Positions 19,318 through 27,429 of a stretch of 64,000 nt of DNA are shown here, one piece after another; positions within the stretch are counted from its first letter, which is position 1, and each line of letters starts with the position of its first letter. The notes under the pieces are model-generated. The model did no database searches. It was not told where the DNA came from and worked only from the letters and a program-made list of their open reading frames with translations. The stretch is taken from the IMG/VR virus record IMGVR_UViG_3300031418_000005, positions 128,001 through 192,000 of that record; one strand, given 5' to 3'. The stretch is from a virus. Position numbers and translations under genes: made by a program.

Positions 19318-20145
19318 TTAGGCATCCATATTGAGATTACGAACATGGACAATGCAGTGCGGAATGGACATAATCCAGTCGCGCGCTTTCTCACCCTGGA
19401 ACCACAGCTTCTGACCGCTAAACATCAGCAGGTCGTTCACCGGTTTGTCAGAACCCACTTCCGTGTAGGAAACAAAGTTATCCCACAGGTAGCTTAACAG
19501 GTCACGCGACGCATCGGTGTGATACGGTGCCTGAGATAAACGAGACACAATGCTGTGCGCTTCGGCCAACGTGAAAATATTCGTTGACTCAGGACGGGCC
19601 AGATAATGCTCAACCTTCAATGAGTCGGTTGGCAAATATTCCGGTCGCCCCGCTGTATGGCCAGGACGCCAGTATTGCGCATACGTTTCTTTTTCCGAGT
19701 ACACACCCGGCTCACCGGTGTAGTTCGGCAGTCGGGTCTCACGCTCCGTCAGACGCATCAGGAGGCCCGTACCCGTCGAGAGCCAGTATGTTACCTCGTT
19801 GTCCGATAAACGGTCTGGATGCTCTGGGAGAAGCGGATAGGGGTCAGTTACCGTGTCTTTGTTGACTCGATAGAAAGTATCCCCCTCGACATCGAGCGGT
19901 TTGTGGGATTTCACCATATTCCCCGTACCTTGACCCGGCGTGTAAGACAGCACCGTCTCCATCTCAACTTCGGTATCGCCCAAACAGATAGCACATGCCT
20001 GTCGGACGTTTTCCATCCCCGGCCCTGCATTCTGTCGCGCCACGACCCAGCGTGCACCCGATTCATCCGCCGCAACCACAATGGCACGGAACGACGGATT
20101 AACCGGCCCGGCGATAAACTCGTCGGTCACTAAGAAAATCTTCAT
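19318..20145 (-). CDS. Hypothetical protein
   Basis: 275 aa, GAGGA SD; N-terminal domain resembles that of 21747..22544. Confidence 0.65.
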   Translation of the reverse strand: MKIFLVTDEFIAGPVNPSFRAIVVAADESGARWVVARQNAGPGMENVRQACAICLGDTEVEMETVLSYTPGQGTGNMVKSHKPLDVEGDTFYRVNKDTVTDPYPLLPEHPDRLSDNEVTYWLSTGTGLLMRLTERETRLPNYTGEPGVYSEKETYAQYWRPGHTAGRPEYLPTDSLKVEHYLARPESTNIFTLAEAHSIVSRLSQAPYHTDASRDLLSYLWDNFVSYTEVGSDKPVNDLLMFSGQKLWFQGEKARDWIMSIPHCIVHVRNLNMDA

Positions 20146-20172
20146 GCGAAATGTCCTCTAGCTTTTTTTATA

Positions 20173-21024
20173 TTAGGCGTCAGCTTCTTTAATGAAGATG
20201 CCGTCGGCGTTCAAGAAACCTTTACGGTCTTTGATTTCATCCCACGCCAGGGAGAAGCATTGTTCCAGATTCATGTCGTACGCTTTCGCCAGTGTATTAG
20301 CGTACGCGATCATTTCACTGTAGTGGTATTCGATGTTAATACACACCGCGTTATCGAACGATTTGAAATCCAGCTTCTTCGGCGAATCCAAACCGGCAAC
20401 ACCCCACAGCTCATCGATGGCACAGGTGATGTGGTAGCGCATTTTGTGGAACAGGTAATGGGTGTTACCCATTCTGAATTCGTCACCAGCAGCCCAGCAG
20501 GCAATTTCCAGCGACTCGTGACCGGTCAGTTCCATCAGGTTTACCAGAACCACCAGTGCATCACCCAGGCCATCCATGATGAGCGGATGTTTGTTCTTAC
20601 CCACACCAGTTGCTGCTTCACCATCTTCTTCATACAGCTTAGTGCCCTGGGTGAACCAGACACCGTTGTCGAGGATGCCGCGTGCTTTCGACCAGCCAAT
20701 AACGTGATTCACGCAATCGGCGATGCTGTACAGACGGACGTAGCGAGGATGGGTAACTTCGCCTTTGTACACCGCGGTTGCTAAACGCAGAGGGAACACG
20801 ATGTCGTTGATTTCCAGTTTACCGTCTTCGGTACGCACTTTACCTTCAACGCGGGTTAAACCGGTTTCTTTGCTCACTGCCGCAGCATAGATTGTTTCAA
20901 ATTCCCACGGCGCACTGCCCGCATGATGAATGTAGCTTGCCATCTGCGCATTGATATCGGCAAGGTGTTTATTAGGTTCGAAGATGACAGCGTGTGGTAC
21001 CTGAATGACGAATTGGTCGCCCAT
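20173..21024 (-). CDS. MazG-like nucleotide pyrophosphohydrolase with N-terminal extension
   Basis: WSKARGILDNG...KLYEEDGE...DGLGDALVVL...CFSLAWDEIKDRKG...GIFIKEAD matches the phage MazG-like family; start placed at MGDQF (AAGGA SD). Confidence 0.8.
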   Translation of the reverse strand: MGDQFVIQVPHAVIFEPNKHLADINAQMASYIHHAGSAPWEFETIYAAAVSKETGLTRVEGKVRTEDGKLEINDIVFPLRLATAVYKGEVTHPRYVRLYSIADCVNHVIGWSKARGILDNGVWFTQGTKLYEEDGEAATGVGKNKHPLIMDGLGDALVVLVNLMELTGHESLEIACWAAGDEFRMGNTHYLFHKMRYHITCAIDELWGVAGLDSPKKLDFKSFDNAVCINIEYHYSEMIAYANTLAKAYDMNLEQCFSLAWDEIKDRKGFLNADGIFIKEADA

Positions 21025-21043
21025 GATAATTTTCCTTTTGGGT

Positions 21044-21077
21044 AAAAAAATAAGTGGTGTGTCCATATGGACACACC
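21044..21077 (-). terminator. Rho-independent terminator after the NrdA-tail peptide gene
   Basis: GGTGTGTCC-atat-GGACACACC followed on the minus strand by ACTTATTTTTTT. Confidence 0.75.
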
Positions 21078-21083
21078 AATTTG

Positions 21084-21239
21084 TTAAATTTTGCAGGCAC
21101 CGCCAGCACAACCGTCGTCTTCGGTCGCTGCGTCCACACCGCCTTCAACAGTGATGTCCGGGTCAAGCCCTGGGATATCACCGAAGTCCATCGGGTCAGT
21201 TGCCAGTTGTGTATCCTGAACCTGCTCGTTCTTGCTCAT
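21084..21239 (-). CDS. 51-aa acidic peptide ending in a ribonucleotide reductase NrdA-like C-terminal redox tail (DDGCAGGACKI)
   Basis: Manual translation MSKNEQVQDTQLATDPMDFGDIPGLDPDITVEGGVDAATEDDGCAGGACKI*; GAGAG SD, fills the gap between genes and is followed by a terminator. Confidence 0.8.
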   Translation of the reverse strand: MSKNEQVQDTQLATDPMDFGDIPGLDPDITVEGGVDAATEDDGCAGGACKI

Positions 21240-21250
21240 TGCTTACTCTC

Positions 21251-21724
21251 TTAATTGATTAGATGAATAACCACATCCGGCGTGACGACGTCAGCCAGAC
21301 TACGGTAAATTTTGTCAAAGCTAAACTTGTTGAAGAAGAAGCCAGCTTCATCGACAATGACCAAACTGAACTTCTCATAACCAGAGAGTCCAGAGCCTGT
21401 TGCGTTCTGCCAGTTTTCTGGCAGATAGCCAGAATGTACTGTGAGCCATCCGTCACCAGAAGCTTTCGCATGGAATTTTTCCACGACCTCGTCACGCAAC
21501 GCCACGGCATGAACCAAGTACAGTACGCTACCGCGGTGCTTTGCCGCCATATCGACTGCGTGCGCAGTCACCCCTCTCTGGCGACCTGCACCGTAACGAA
21601 TGGTACGGAATTCACTCAGATCCAACCCCGGTCGGAAGTTGAGTCGTTTTGCTTCGTCACTGTCTAATGCTACCAGACCATTCGAAAGTTCTTTCACTAC
21701 CAGATTATAGTTAATTGGAGTCAT
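21251..21724 (-). CDS. Stand-alone P-loop/helicase-like single-domain protein
   Basis: GAGRQRGVT (degenerate Walker A), VLYLV and LVIVDEAG (Walker B). Confidence 0.5.
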   Translation of the reverse strand: MTPINYNLVVKELSNGLVALDSDEAKRLNFRPGLDLSEFRTIRYGAGRQRGVTAHAVDMAAKHRGSVLYLVHAVALRDEVVEKFHAKASGDGWLTVHSGYLPENWQNATGSGLSGYEKFSLVIVDEAGFFFNKFSFDKIYRSLADVVTPDVVIHLIN

Positions 21725-21746
21725 AGACACTTTGATTACCTCTTCG

Positions 21747-22544
21747 TTAGTATTTTGCCATCCGCATGTTACCGTTCTCGTCAGTGACCACGGTAAGTTT
21801 GGAGGCTTCTTTACGGACATATTCCGGTACCAGCTTCTGCCAGTCCGGGTGACGGTACCAAGTCAGGGTGTGATAACCGATTTGTTCGGTCAGTTGCTCC
21901 CAGCCTTCGACCGGAGTACGGGAATAGAAATGGTGACGCGCTTGTGCTGCCCAGTCGTGATACTCAGTGGCACGACCAACATATTTCAACACATCGGCTA
22001 ACACATGTTCGATAGTCACCGGCAGGTTTTCAGTTTCCTGCCAGGTGTACGTCGCGGTGTGTTCACCCGGTTCGAACTGCGCGTCGAACGATGGAATCCC
22101 ATTAAAGTGAATCTGCGAATTTCCACCGAGCTCCTGCGAGATAATGGTAACCGTCCATTGCCCTGCGGCAGGTGGGACACCGAACTCACTCGTCTCAGGG
22201 ACTTTGGCGTAGTTCTTAAAGCGCAAGTCGATGTCTGGCGGCAGACCCAACATCTCGATAAGCTTGCGCTCAAAGTCGGTCAGGTCACCACCTTCAATGA
22301 CCTTCCAACCCGGACAAACAACACTACGGTTAATGTAGCGATGGCGTTCTGGCCAGTTACGCACACCCTCCGCAAACAACAGTGCACCGTGCGCGTCAGT
22401 TTCACCCACGTCAACCAAATCGATAACCGTTGGCACAAGATGACGTGCCTCGTTCTCATCGCGGGCGGCTACGACGCCGTGGTTATACGTGTCATAGTTC
22501 GTGGTATAAAATGCATCGGAGAAAAGAAACAGTCTGTTTTTCAT
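21747..22544 (-). CDS. Hypothetical protein
   Basis: TAATG-coupled start MKNRLF; YDTYNHGVVAARDENEAR N-terminal domain. Confidence 0.65.
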   Translation of the reverse strand: MKNRLFLFSDAFYTTNYDTYNHGVVAARDENEARHLVPTVIDLVDVGETDAHGALLFAEGVRNWPERHRYINRSVVCPGWKVIEGGDLTDFERKLIEMLGLPPDIDLRFKNYAKVPETSEFGVPPAAGQWTVTIISQELGGNSQIHFNGIPSFDAQFEPGEHTATYTWQETENLPVTIEHVLADVLKYVGRATEYHDWAAQARHHFYSRTPVEGWEQLTEQIGYHTLTWYRHPDWQKLVPEYVRKEASKLTVVTDENGNMRMAKY

Positions 22545-23080
22545 TAGCACTCCACCCAAATCAAACAGAACTCTTCCGGGTCTAACGTCGGATGAATAAT
22601 CAACGCTTCTTTATACTCCGGAATATCGTCCTCCACACGGTGTTCTGCGGTTAACGCCGACAGTTGCATGTAGAGGTCGTCGTCCATTTGACCGTTAAAG
22701 GTTGAGGTCAGGATGAACGGCAACGCCTCAGCAATCTGCACCAGTTGGTTACGGTTGATACGGATGCTCAAGGTACGCTTTTGATCAAACCACGCACCTT
22801 GTTCGTGCAGACCACGGTCAGTGTTAATGAAGATACGGTCAACCATACCTTCCGGACAACGTGCCCACATACGCACCGCAATAATGTACCACCAGTCCAT
22901 CATGTCCGCAGAGAACAGAATCGTCTTGGTGGTACCATCTGGCTGAGGAATCTCTAACCCGCCCACATCTGGCGTGCTAAGATTGATTACCTGTCCTTTA
23001 TCACCGGAGGCCACTGTAATAGGTTCAGCGGTTTTCGTTGCAGCCGGTTTAGCGAACGGGATAATGTTGTTGTCAGTCAT
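22544..23080 (-). CDS. Hypothetical protein
   Basis: Start MTDNNIIPF with GAGG SD just after thyA. Confidence 0.65.
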   Translation of the reverse strand: MTDNNIIPFAKPAATKTAEPITVASGDKGQVINLSTPDVGGLEIPQPDGTTKTILFSADMMDWWYIIAVRMWARCPEGMVDRIFINTDRGLHEQGAWFDQKRTLSIRINRNQLVQIAEALPFILTSTFNGQMDDDLYMQLSALTAEHRVEDDIPEYKEALIIHPTLDPEEFCLIWVEC

Positions 23081-23096
23081 ACAGACCTCGGTAACG

Positions 23097-24116
23097 TTAG
23101 ATCGCGACGGGCGCTTTAATCGCCGGATGCGAAATGTAATCGACAACCTCGAAGTCTTCGAATTTGTAGTCGAAGATGGAATCGGGCTTACGTTTGATAA
23201 CCAACTTCGGTAACGGTTTAGGGTCACGGGTAAGTTGGAGGTCAGCTTGTTCCAGATGGTTGGAGTACAGATGCGTATCACCACCTGTCCAGACGAAGTC
23301 GCCTACCGCCATGTTCGCCTGTTGTGCAAACATGTGTACCAGCAAGGCGTAAGACGCGATGTTAAACGGTACGCCAAGGAACATGTCCGCACTACGCTGA
23401 TAGAGCTGACAAGAAAGAACGCGAGCTGGGACACCTTCGTTGTCAATTACCGCGTGCATCAGTGTGTCGTTGTTAATGATATCATTACTAAAGCGGATCG
23501 CTTCAAACTTATCAGGAAGGTTATTTTCCATCCAGTCTAATCGTTCGGCGACTGACAACTCGCGTGTGTAGAACTGGAAGAACGCATGACACGGTGCCAA
23601 AGCCATCTCGTCTAGCTCTGCCACGTTCCAGGCACTGACAATAATGCGGCGGTTGTCTGGGTCGTTACGCAGCTGGTCAACCACTTTGGCGATTTGGTCA
23701 ATACTTTTCCTGTACAGGATGTCAGATTCCCACGTCCCTGATTGTTCCCATCCCTCGGATTCGAGCTCTGCACACCCAGCACTATGAAACGCCGACATTT
23801 CCGTGTGTGCAATCCAGCTACGCCATTGCTTACCGTACACCGGGCCTAAGTCACCGTTTTTATCCGCCCATTCGTCCCAGATGGTGACGTTGTTGTCTTT
23901 CAAATACTGGATGTTGGTGTCACCCATGAGGAACCACAGCAGCTCATGGATGATTGAACGAAGGTGAACCTTTTTGGTGGTGACCAGCGGAAAACCTTCT
24001 TGTAAGTTAAAGCGCATCTGGCGTCCGAAAACAGAGAGGGTGCCCGTACCGGTACGGTCGGCTTTTACATCCCCGTTTTCGCGAACATCACGCAGTAAGT
24101 CCAGATATTGTTTCAT
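23097..24116 (-). CDS. thyA: Thymidylate synthase
   Basis: [34 protein letters not shown] (catalytic Cys), [29 protein letters not shown]. Confidence 0.97.
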   Translation of the reverse strand: MKQYLDLLRDVRENGDVKADRTGTGTLSVFGRQMRFNLQEGFPLVTTKKVHLRSIIHELLWFLMGDTNIQYLKDNNVTIWDEWADKNGDLGPVYGKQWRSWIAHTEMSAFHSAGCAELESEGWEQSGTWESDILYRKSIDQIAKVVDQLRNDPDNRRIIVSAWNVAELDEMALAPCHAFFQFYTRELSVAERLDWMENNLPDKFEAIRFSNDIINNDTLMHAVIDNEGVPARVLSCQLYQRSADMFLGVPFNIASYALLVHMFAQQANMAVGDFVWTGGDTHLYSNHLEQADLQLTRDPKPLPKLVIKRKPDSIFDYKFEDFEVVDYISHPAIKAPVAI

Positions 24117-24999
24117 GGTGTGCATTATCCTGTTTTAGGGCGTTCATGATAAACTTGAGGTCGTCGTTGTACGTCGCCGTCACGGTGCCGTTTTCGTACG
24201 TGATAAGAATCTTTGGCGTCCGCTCGAACGTAAGATGCCGCCATTTATCATCGGCGTAGATGTGGCGCTCCAGCAGTTCTTCCAACGCCTCTGCCAACTT
24301 ATCACTGACCTCATCAACCTTGTGAGACGCAAACGGTGTGTGAACGTAAGGCACGAAGGCTTTCGCCGCTGCGGCGTTTAGACCACTTTCGATATAGAAG
24401 TGCGTCAACTGACCCGACGGGAGCTTCTCGTTGACCAGGGGTTGTGTTATCGAGTCGCCATCAAAGTCGTCGGGGCTGAGTACGAACATACCCAGTTCAT
24501 TCATTACACCCCGCGTCCGAATCAGTGCGTAGTGACCGTTGTAGACGACCCGGTCAAACTCCAACCCACACACCCGACACAGTGAGCCTAACGACATCAT
24601 GAAATCACCGAAGGCTTTCAGGAAGCTGTGCAGGCAGAACTCACCTTCCTCAGGCGTCTGCCAGACAAGATCCAAAGTGTTGTGCATCAATGCGTGCAGT
24701 TGCGCATGTTTGTTGGTAGCTTTCACCTTTAACTGGATGTAATGGTCAAGCTGGTCATGCAGCGGAACGTCGTTGGCGGGCTTCGAGAAATGCACGAGTC
24801 CGATAAACGTCCACAGTAGTCGACCTGCTCCCGCGGCCACTTTCAGGTTATCGTGTTTTTGCACACCCTCAGCGACTTCGCCGAGGCAGCGGTAAAGTTT
24901 GCTACGCTGTTGTTCGTAGCTACCGAACTGGTACACCAGCGAATCGGTGTACCAACTGTTTACGGCATGAATTTGAATCTCGGCATTAGGCAGCTGCAT
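24088..24999 (-). CDS. Degenerate MazG-like protein with C-terminal extension
   Basis: W...[20 protein letters not shown]...AGAGRLL...[13 protein letters not shown] parallels the intact MazG-like gene, but the acidic residues are replaced. Confidence 0.5.
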   Translation of the reverse strand: MQLPNAEIQIHAVNSWYTDSLVYQFGSYEQQRSKLYRCLGEVAEGVQKHDNLKVAAGAGRLLWTFIGLVHFSKPANDVPLHDQLDHYIQLKVKATNKHAQLHALMHNTLDLVWQTPEEGEFCLHSFLKAFGDFMMSLGSLCRVCGLEFDRVVYNGHYALIRTRGVMNELGMFVLSPDDFDGDSITQPLVNEKLPSGQLTHFYIESGLNAAAAKAFVPYVHTPFASHKVDEVSDKLAEALEELLERHIYADDKWRHLTFERTPKILITYENGTVTATYNDDLKFIMNALKQDNAHHETISGLTA

Positions 25000-25414
25000 C
25001 CTGTGCTCCGTAGGCGTAACAGAAAGAGAAGGCCAGATCATCGCCTGCGGCACGCGATACCACGATAGCGATACCGTGATTAGCAATGTGGTCGTTCGGT
25101 ATGCCCTGTTTGGCATTGAGGCCCACCGACTTATTCAGGGAAGCCAGTAGCTTCCAGCTGTAGACGCGGCTAGTGAAGTACGCGTTCTTCAAAAAACAAA
25201 CGGCGACGCTGTGGGGAACGTTGAACGCCGCAAACTCCGGCCCGGCTTTAGCCAGGTTGCCGTTGAGTGCGAGTTCGTTAGTGAGCGTAACGGAAACCTT
25301 CTTACCGTTCAAACGCAGGGCCAGATGTTCCCAGGACGCATTGTCCGTGTTCGGGATAATAACTTCGTTAACAATCAGGCCGGTGCCTTTCTCAAAAGCA
25401 ATCTTATTCATCAT
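24986..25414 (-). CDS. Hypothetical protein
   Basis: ORF with AAGGA SD in the operon. Confidence 0.6.
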   Translation of the reverse strand: MMNKIAFEKGTGLIVNEVIIPNTDNASWEHLALRLNGKKVSVTLTNELALNGNLAKAGPEFAAFNVPHSVAVCFLKNAYFTSRVYSWKLLASLNKSVGLNAKQGIPNDHIANHGIAIVVSRAAGDDLAFSFCYAYGAQDAAA

Positions 25415-25461
25415 TCGGGTATCCTTGCGGGTGTTTACATACATACACCCGCTTTTGTAAA

Positions 25462-25836
25462 TTATAGAAGTATCATCGCCTGACAGGTGATGGTGTCCGC
25501 ATCCGGATGTCCCGTGAGATAAATAAATGGCCCACTAGACATCGGAGGATTAAACTGTAGCAACACTTCTGCCAACCGTCGACCTTCTTCCCCTGACATG
25601 ATAACAAGGTTGTCCTGACCGCTATCAGAGTGTTTGTGGAACGCGACCCGTGGGCTTGAGCCGTAAGTGATGCGTTGTGCCAAGGCAATCTTCTTGTCGT
25701 GGAACGGGTACAGCACATCCTCCCAATGTTCCTTCTCTTCTTCGGACAACGCCAAAGTACGGACACGTCGCCCATCTACAGCAATACCCGACACAAACAC
25801 AATTCCGTGGCGATTAAAAAAGTAACCAATAACCAT
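25462..25836 (-). CDS. Hypothetical protein
   Basis: 124 aa, AAGGAG SD. Confidence 0.65.
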   Translation of the reverse strand: MVIGYFFNRHGIVFVSGIAVDGRRVRTLALSEEEKEHWEDVLYPFHDKKIALAQRITYGSSPRVAFHKHSDSGQDNLVIMSGEEGRRLAEVLLQFNPPMSSGPFIYLTGHPDADTITCQAMILL

Positions 25837-25852
25837 TGCATACTCCTTAAGG

Positions 25853-25890
25853 ATAAAATAAAGTATCCCTCTCCCGAAGGAGAGGGTATT
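25853..25890 (-). terminator. Terminator with C(UUCG)G loop
   Basis: CCCTCTCC-ttcg-GGAGAGGG then T-rich tract (minus strand). Confidence 0.75.
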
Positions 25891-25892
25891 AC

Positions 25893-26552
25893 TTAGATGC
25901 GGGTTTCAGAATCCCAGTAATGGCGTAGCATCTCCTGCGTCTCTGGGTCTTTCGGCCCACCCGGAATCGCTTCGGCCACAGGGAACGGCATTACGTCTTT
26001 AATCGAGTCGATTTCAAAACGTTCTACTTCCAATTCCACCTTCACCCAACGACCGAACGAGGTTGCATCGCGGAGCTCGCTCACTAAGGCATCAAAGTCT
26101 TCCTGTGTTTCCAGTGCCGGGTGTCCGGACACGGTATAGAACAGGTCGATGTCCCAGTGTTTCGCACCACGGTCTTTCAGTTCACCGGCATCCATGTGGA
26201 TGCGGCGCACTAAATGCGCGAGGTGCCCGTCTTCGTAGAAAGACAAGCCTGCACCAAACCCGATATCCGAGTTCTCCTCAATCTTGCCTTCTGCACCCAT
26301 ACGTTTCACAGTCAGCTCAGCTTTCCCGCCACTGTGTAAACGTACCCGACGACGCCCGCGTGCAATCGGCATCAACACGTCCATGTAGATGTCGGCGGCT
26401 TGTTCAAACAACCACGCCCAGCCTTCTTCCGTCGGCTTCACCCACATCACGTACTCTTTCTCAGTCTCGACACGTACCGATTCACCGGCCACTTTCAAAA
26501 CGTCGGCTTCACGTTGCTTGTCGAGTTTGTCTAACGTGTCAAACAGACCCAT
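25893..26552 (-). CDS. CYTH-like (triphosphate tunnel metalloenzyme) protein
   Basis: ETEKEY (ExExK), RVR, LTVK, IEEN, WDIDLF, VELEV. Confidence 0.7.
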   Translation of the reverse strand: MGLFDTLDKLDKQREADVLKVAGESVRVETEKEYVMWVKPTEEGWAWLFEQAADIYMDVLMPIARGRRRVRLHSGGKAELTVKRMGAEGKIEENSDIGFGAGLSFYEDGHLAHLVRRIHMDAGELKDRGAKHWDIDLFYTVSGHPALETQEDFDALVSELRDATSFGRWVKVELEVERFEIDSIKDVMPFPVAEAIPGGPKDPETQEMLRHYWDSETRI

Positions 26553-27417
26553 CGTCGTTTCCTATTTGCTGGATAACGGCGTGGGGGTCGAACGTCTCAC
26601 CGTACGGATCGATATGCTGTACGATTTGCGCCACCACCCCAGGTAACCAGTCCGAATGCGGCGGGTTTATCTGTCGCCCGTTCATCACGTAGTAATGAAG
26701 TAGTGGGACGCCAGCATGTACCTGCGCAGACAGAATGTTACCCAGACTCACGCCGTCAATAGTCAAAGTGTGCAACTTAAATACCATTGCCGTCATAAAA
26801 CGGTGGGCTGAGAACGCACTGAACGCGCCAGGACGATAATCTGTTCCGCCATAAATCGCGGCTTTCAGACTCCGACCAATGCGAATACAGTCCGCCCCTT
26901 CGTACTTCGCAAGCTTACGAATGTCCGGGAACCTCGCTACCATCTCACGCATTACCGCTGTTGCCATGTTGTCAGTGGTTAACAGCGGTGCAGGTTCGAT
27001 ATCGCGGCAGTACGTGTACATCGCGTAATCCAGAATACGCAGATAATGGTAATAGCCTTCGAGCGTTAAGAAACGCCCGTCAACCGTATCGAAGTATTTC
27101 CCTTCTGGTTGCGAATAAAAATTACTCGCCATCTTACCCAGTAAGGTTCTGGCCTGGGAGTAGATGTTGTAGTGATTCAACCCGTCAGTTGATGGGACAA
27201 AATCTTTCAGGTGACAACGATAGCCGAGACTACGAAGGTAGCGAACAAACGCATCCTTCTCATCCGGCGAGAGCACAACATGACTGACCGGTGCCCCAAT
27301 GCTAGGTTCACCTGTTAAGGAGAACCCGTACATCGTGGCCATCTGATTAATCGGCACGTTGGCTTTGCTAACAGCATCCAGCGCTGCCCGCAAAAAGGTA
27401 GTTTTATCATTAGTCAT
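26539..27417 (-). CDS. Conserved jumbo-phage protein, possibly NADAR/YbiA-like
   Basis: NIYSQARTLLGKMASNFY...DGRFLTLEGYYHYL...IGRSLK resembles the NADAR pattern SNF..F.(S/T).E.YY. Confidence 0.45.
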   Translation of the reverse strand: MTNDKTTFLRAALDAVSKANVPINQMATMYGFSLTGEPSIGAPVSHVVLSPDEKDAFVRYLRSLGYRCHLKDFVPSTDGLNHYNIYSQARTLLGKMASNFYSQPEGKYFDTVDGRFLTLEGYYHYLRILDYAMYTYCRDIEPAPLLTTDNMATAVMREMVARFPDIRKLAKYEGADCIRIGRSLKAAIYGGTDYRPGAFSAFSAHRFMTAMVFKLHTLTIDGVSLGNILSAQVHAGVPLLHYYVMNGRQINPPHSDWLPGVVAQIVQHIDPYGETFDPHAVIQQIGNDDGSV

Positions 27418-27429
27418 AAACGGTACCTG

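Noticed and set aside
20972-21181. 69-aa ORF-track ORF and the 5' extension of the MazG ORF to 21111
   Set aside because: Both cross the terminator at 21044-21077; the 51-aa frame has the SD and fits the gap better.
23097-24116. ThyA as a dCMP/dUMP hydroxymethylase indicating modified DNA
   Set aside because: Canonical ThyA motifs including PFN are intact and no modification genes are nearby.
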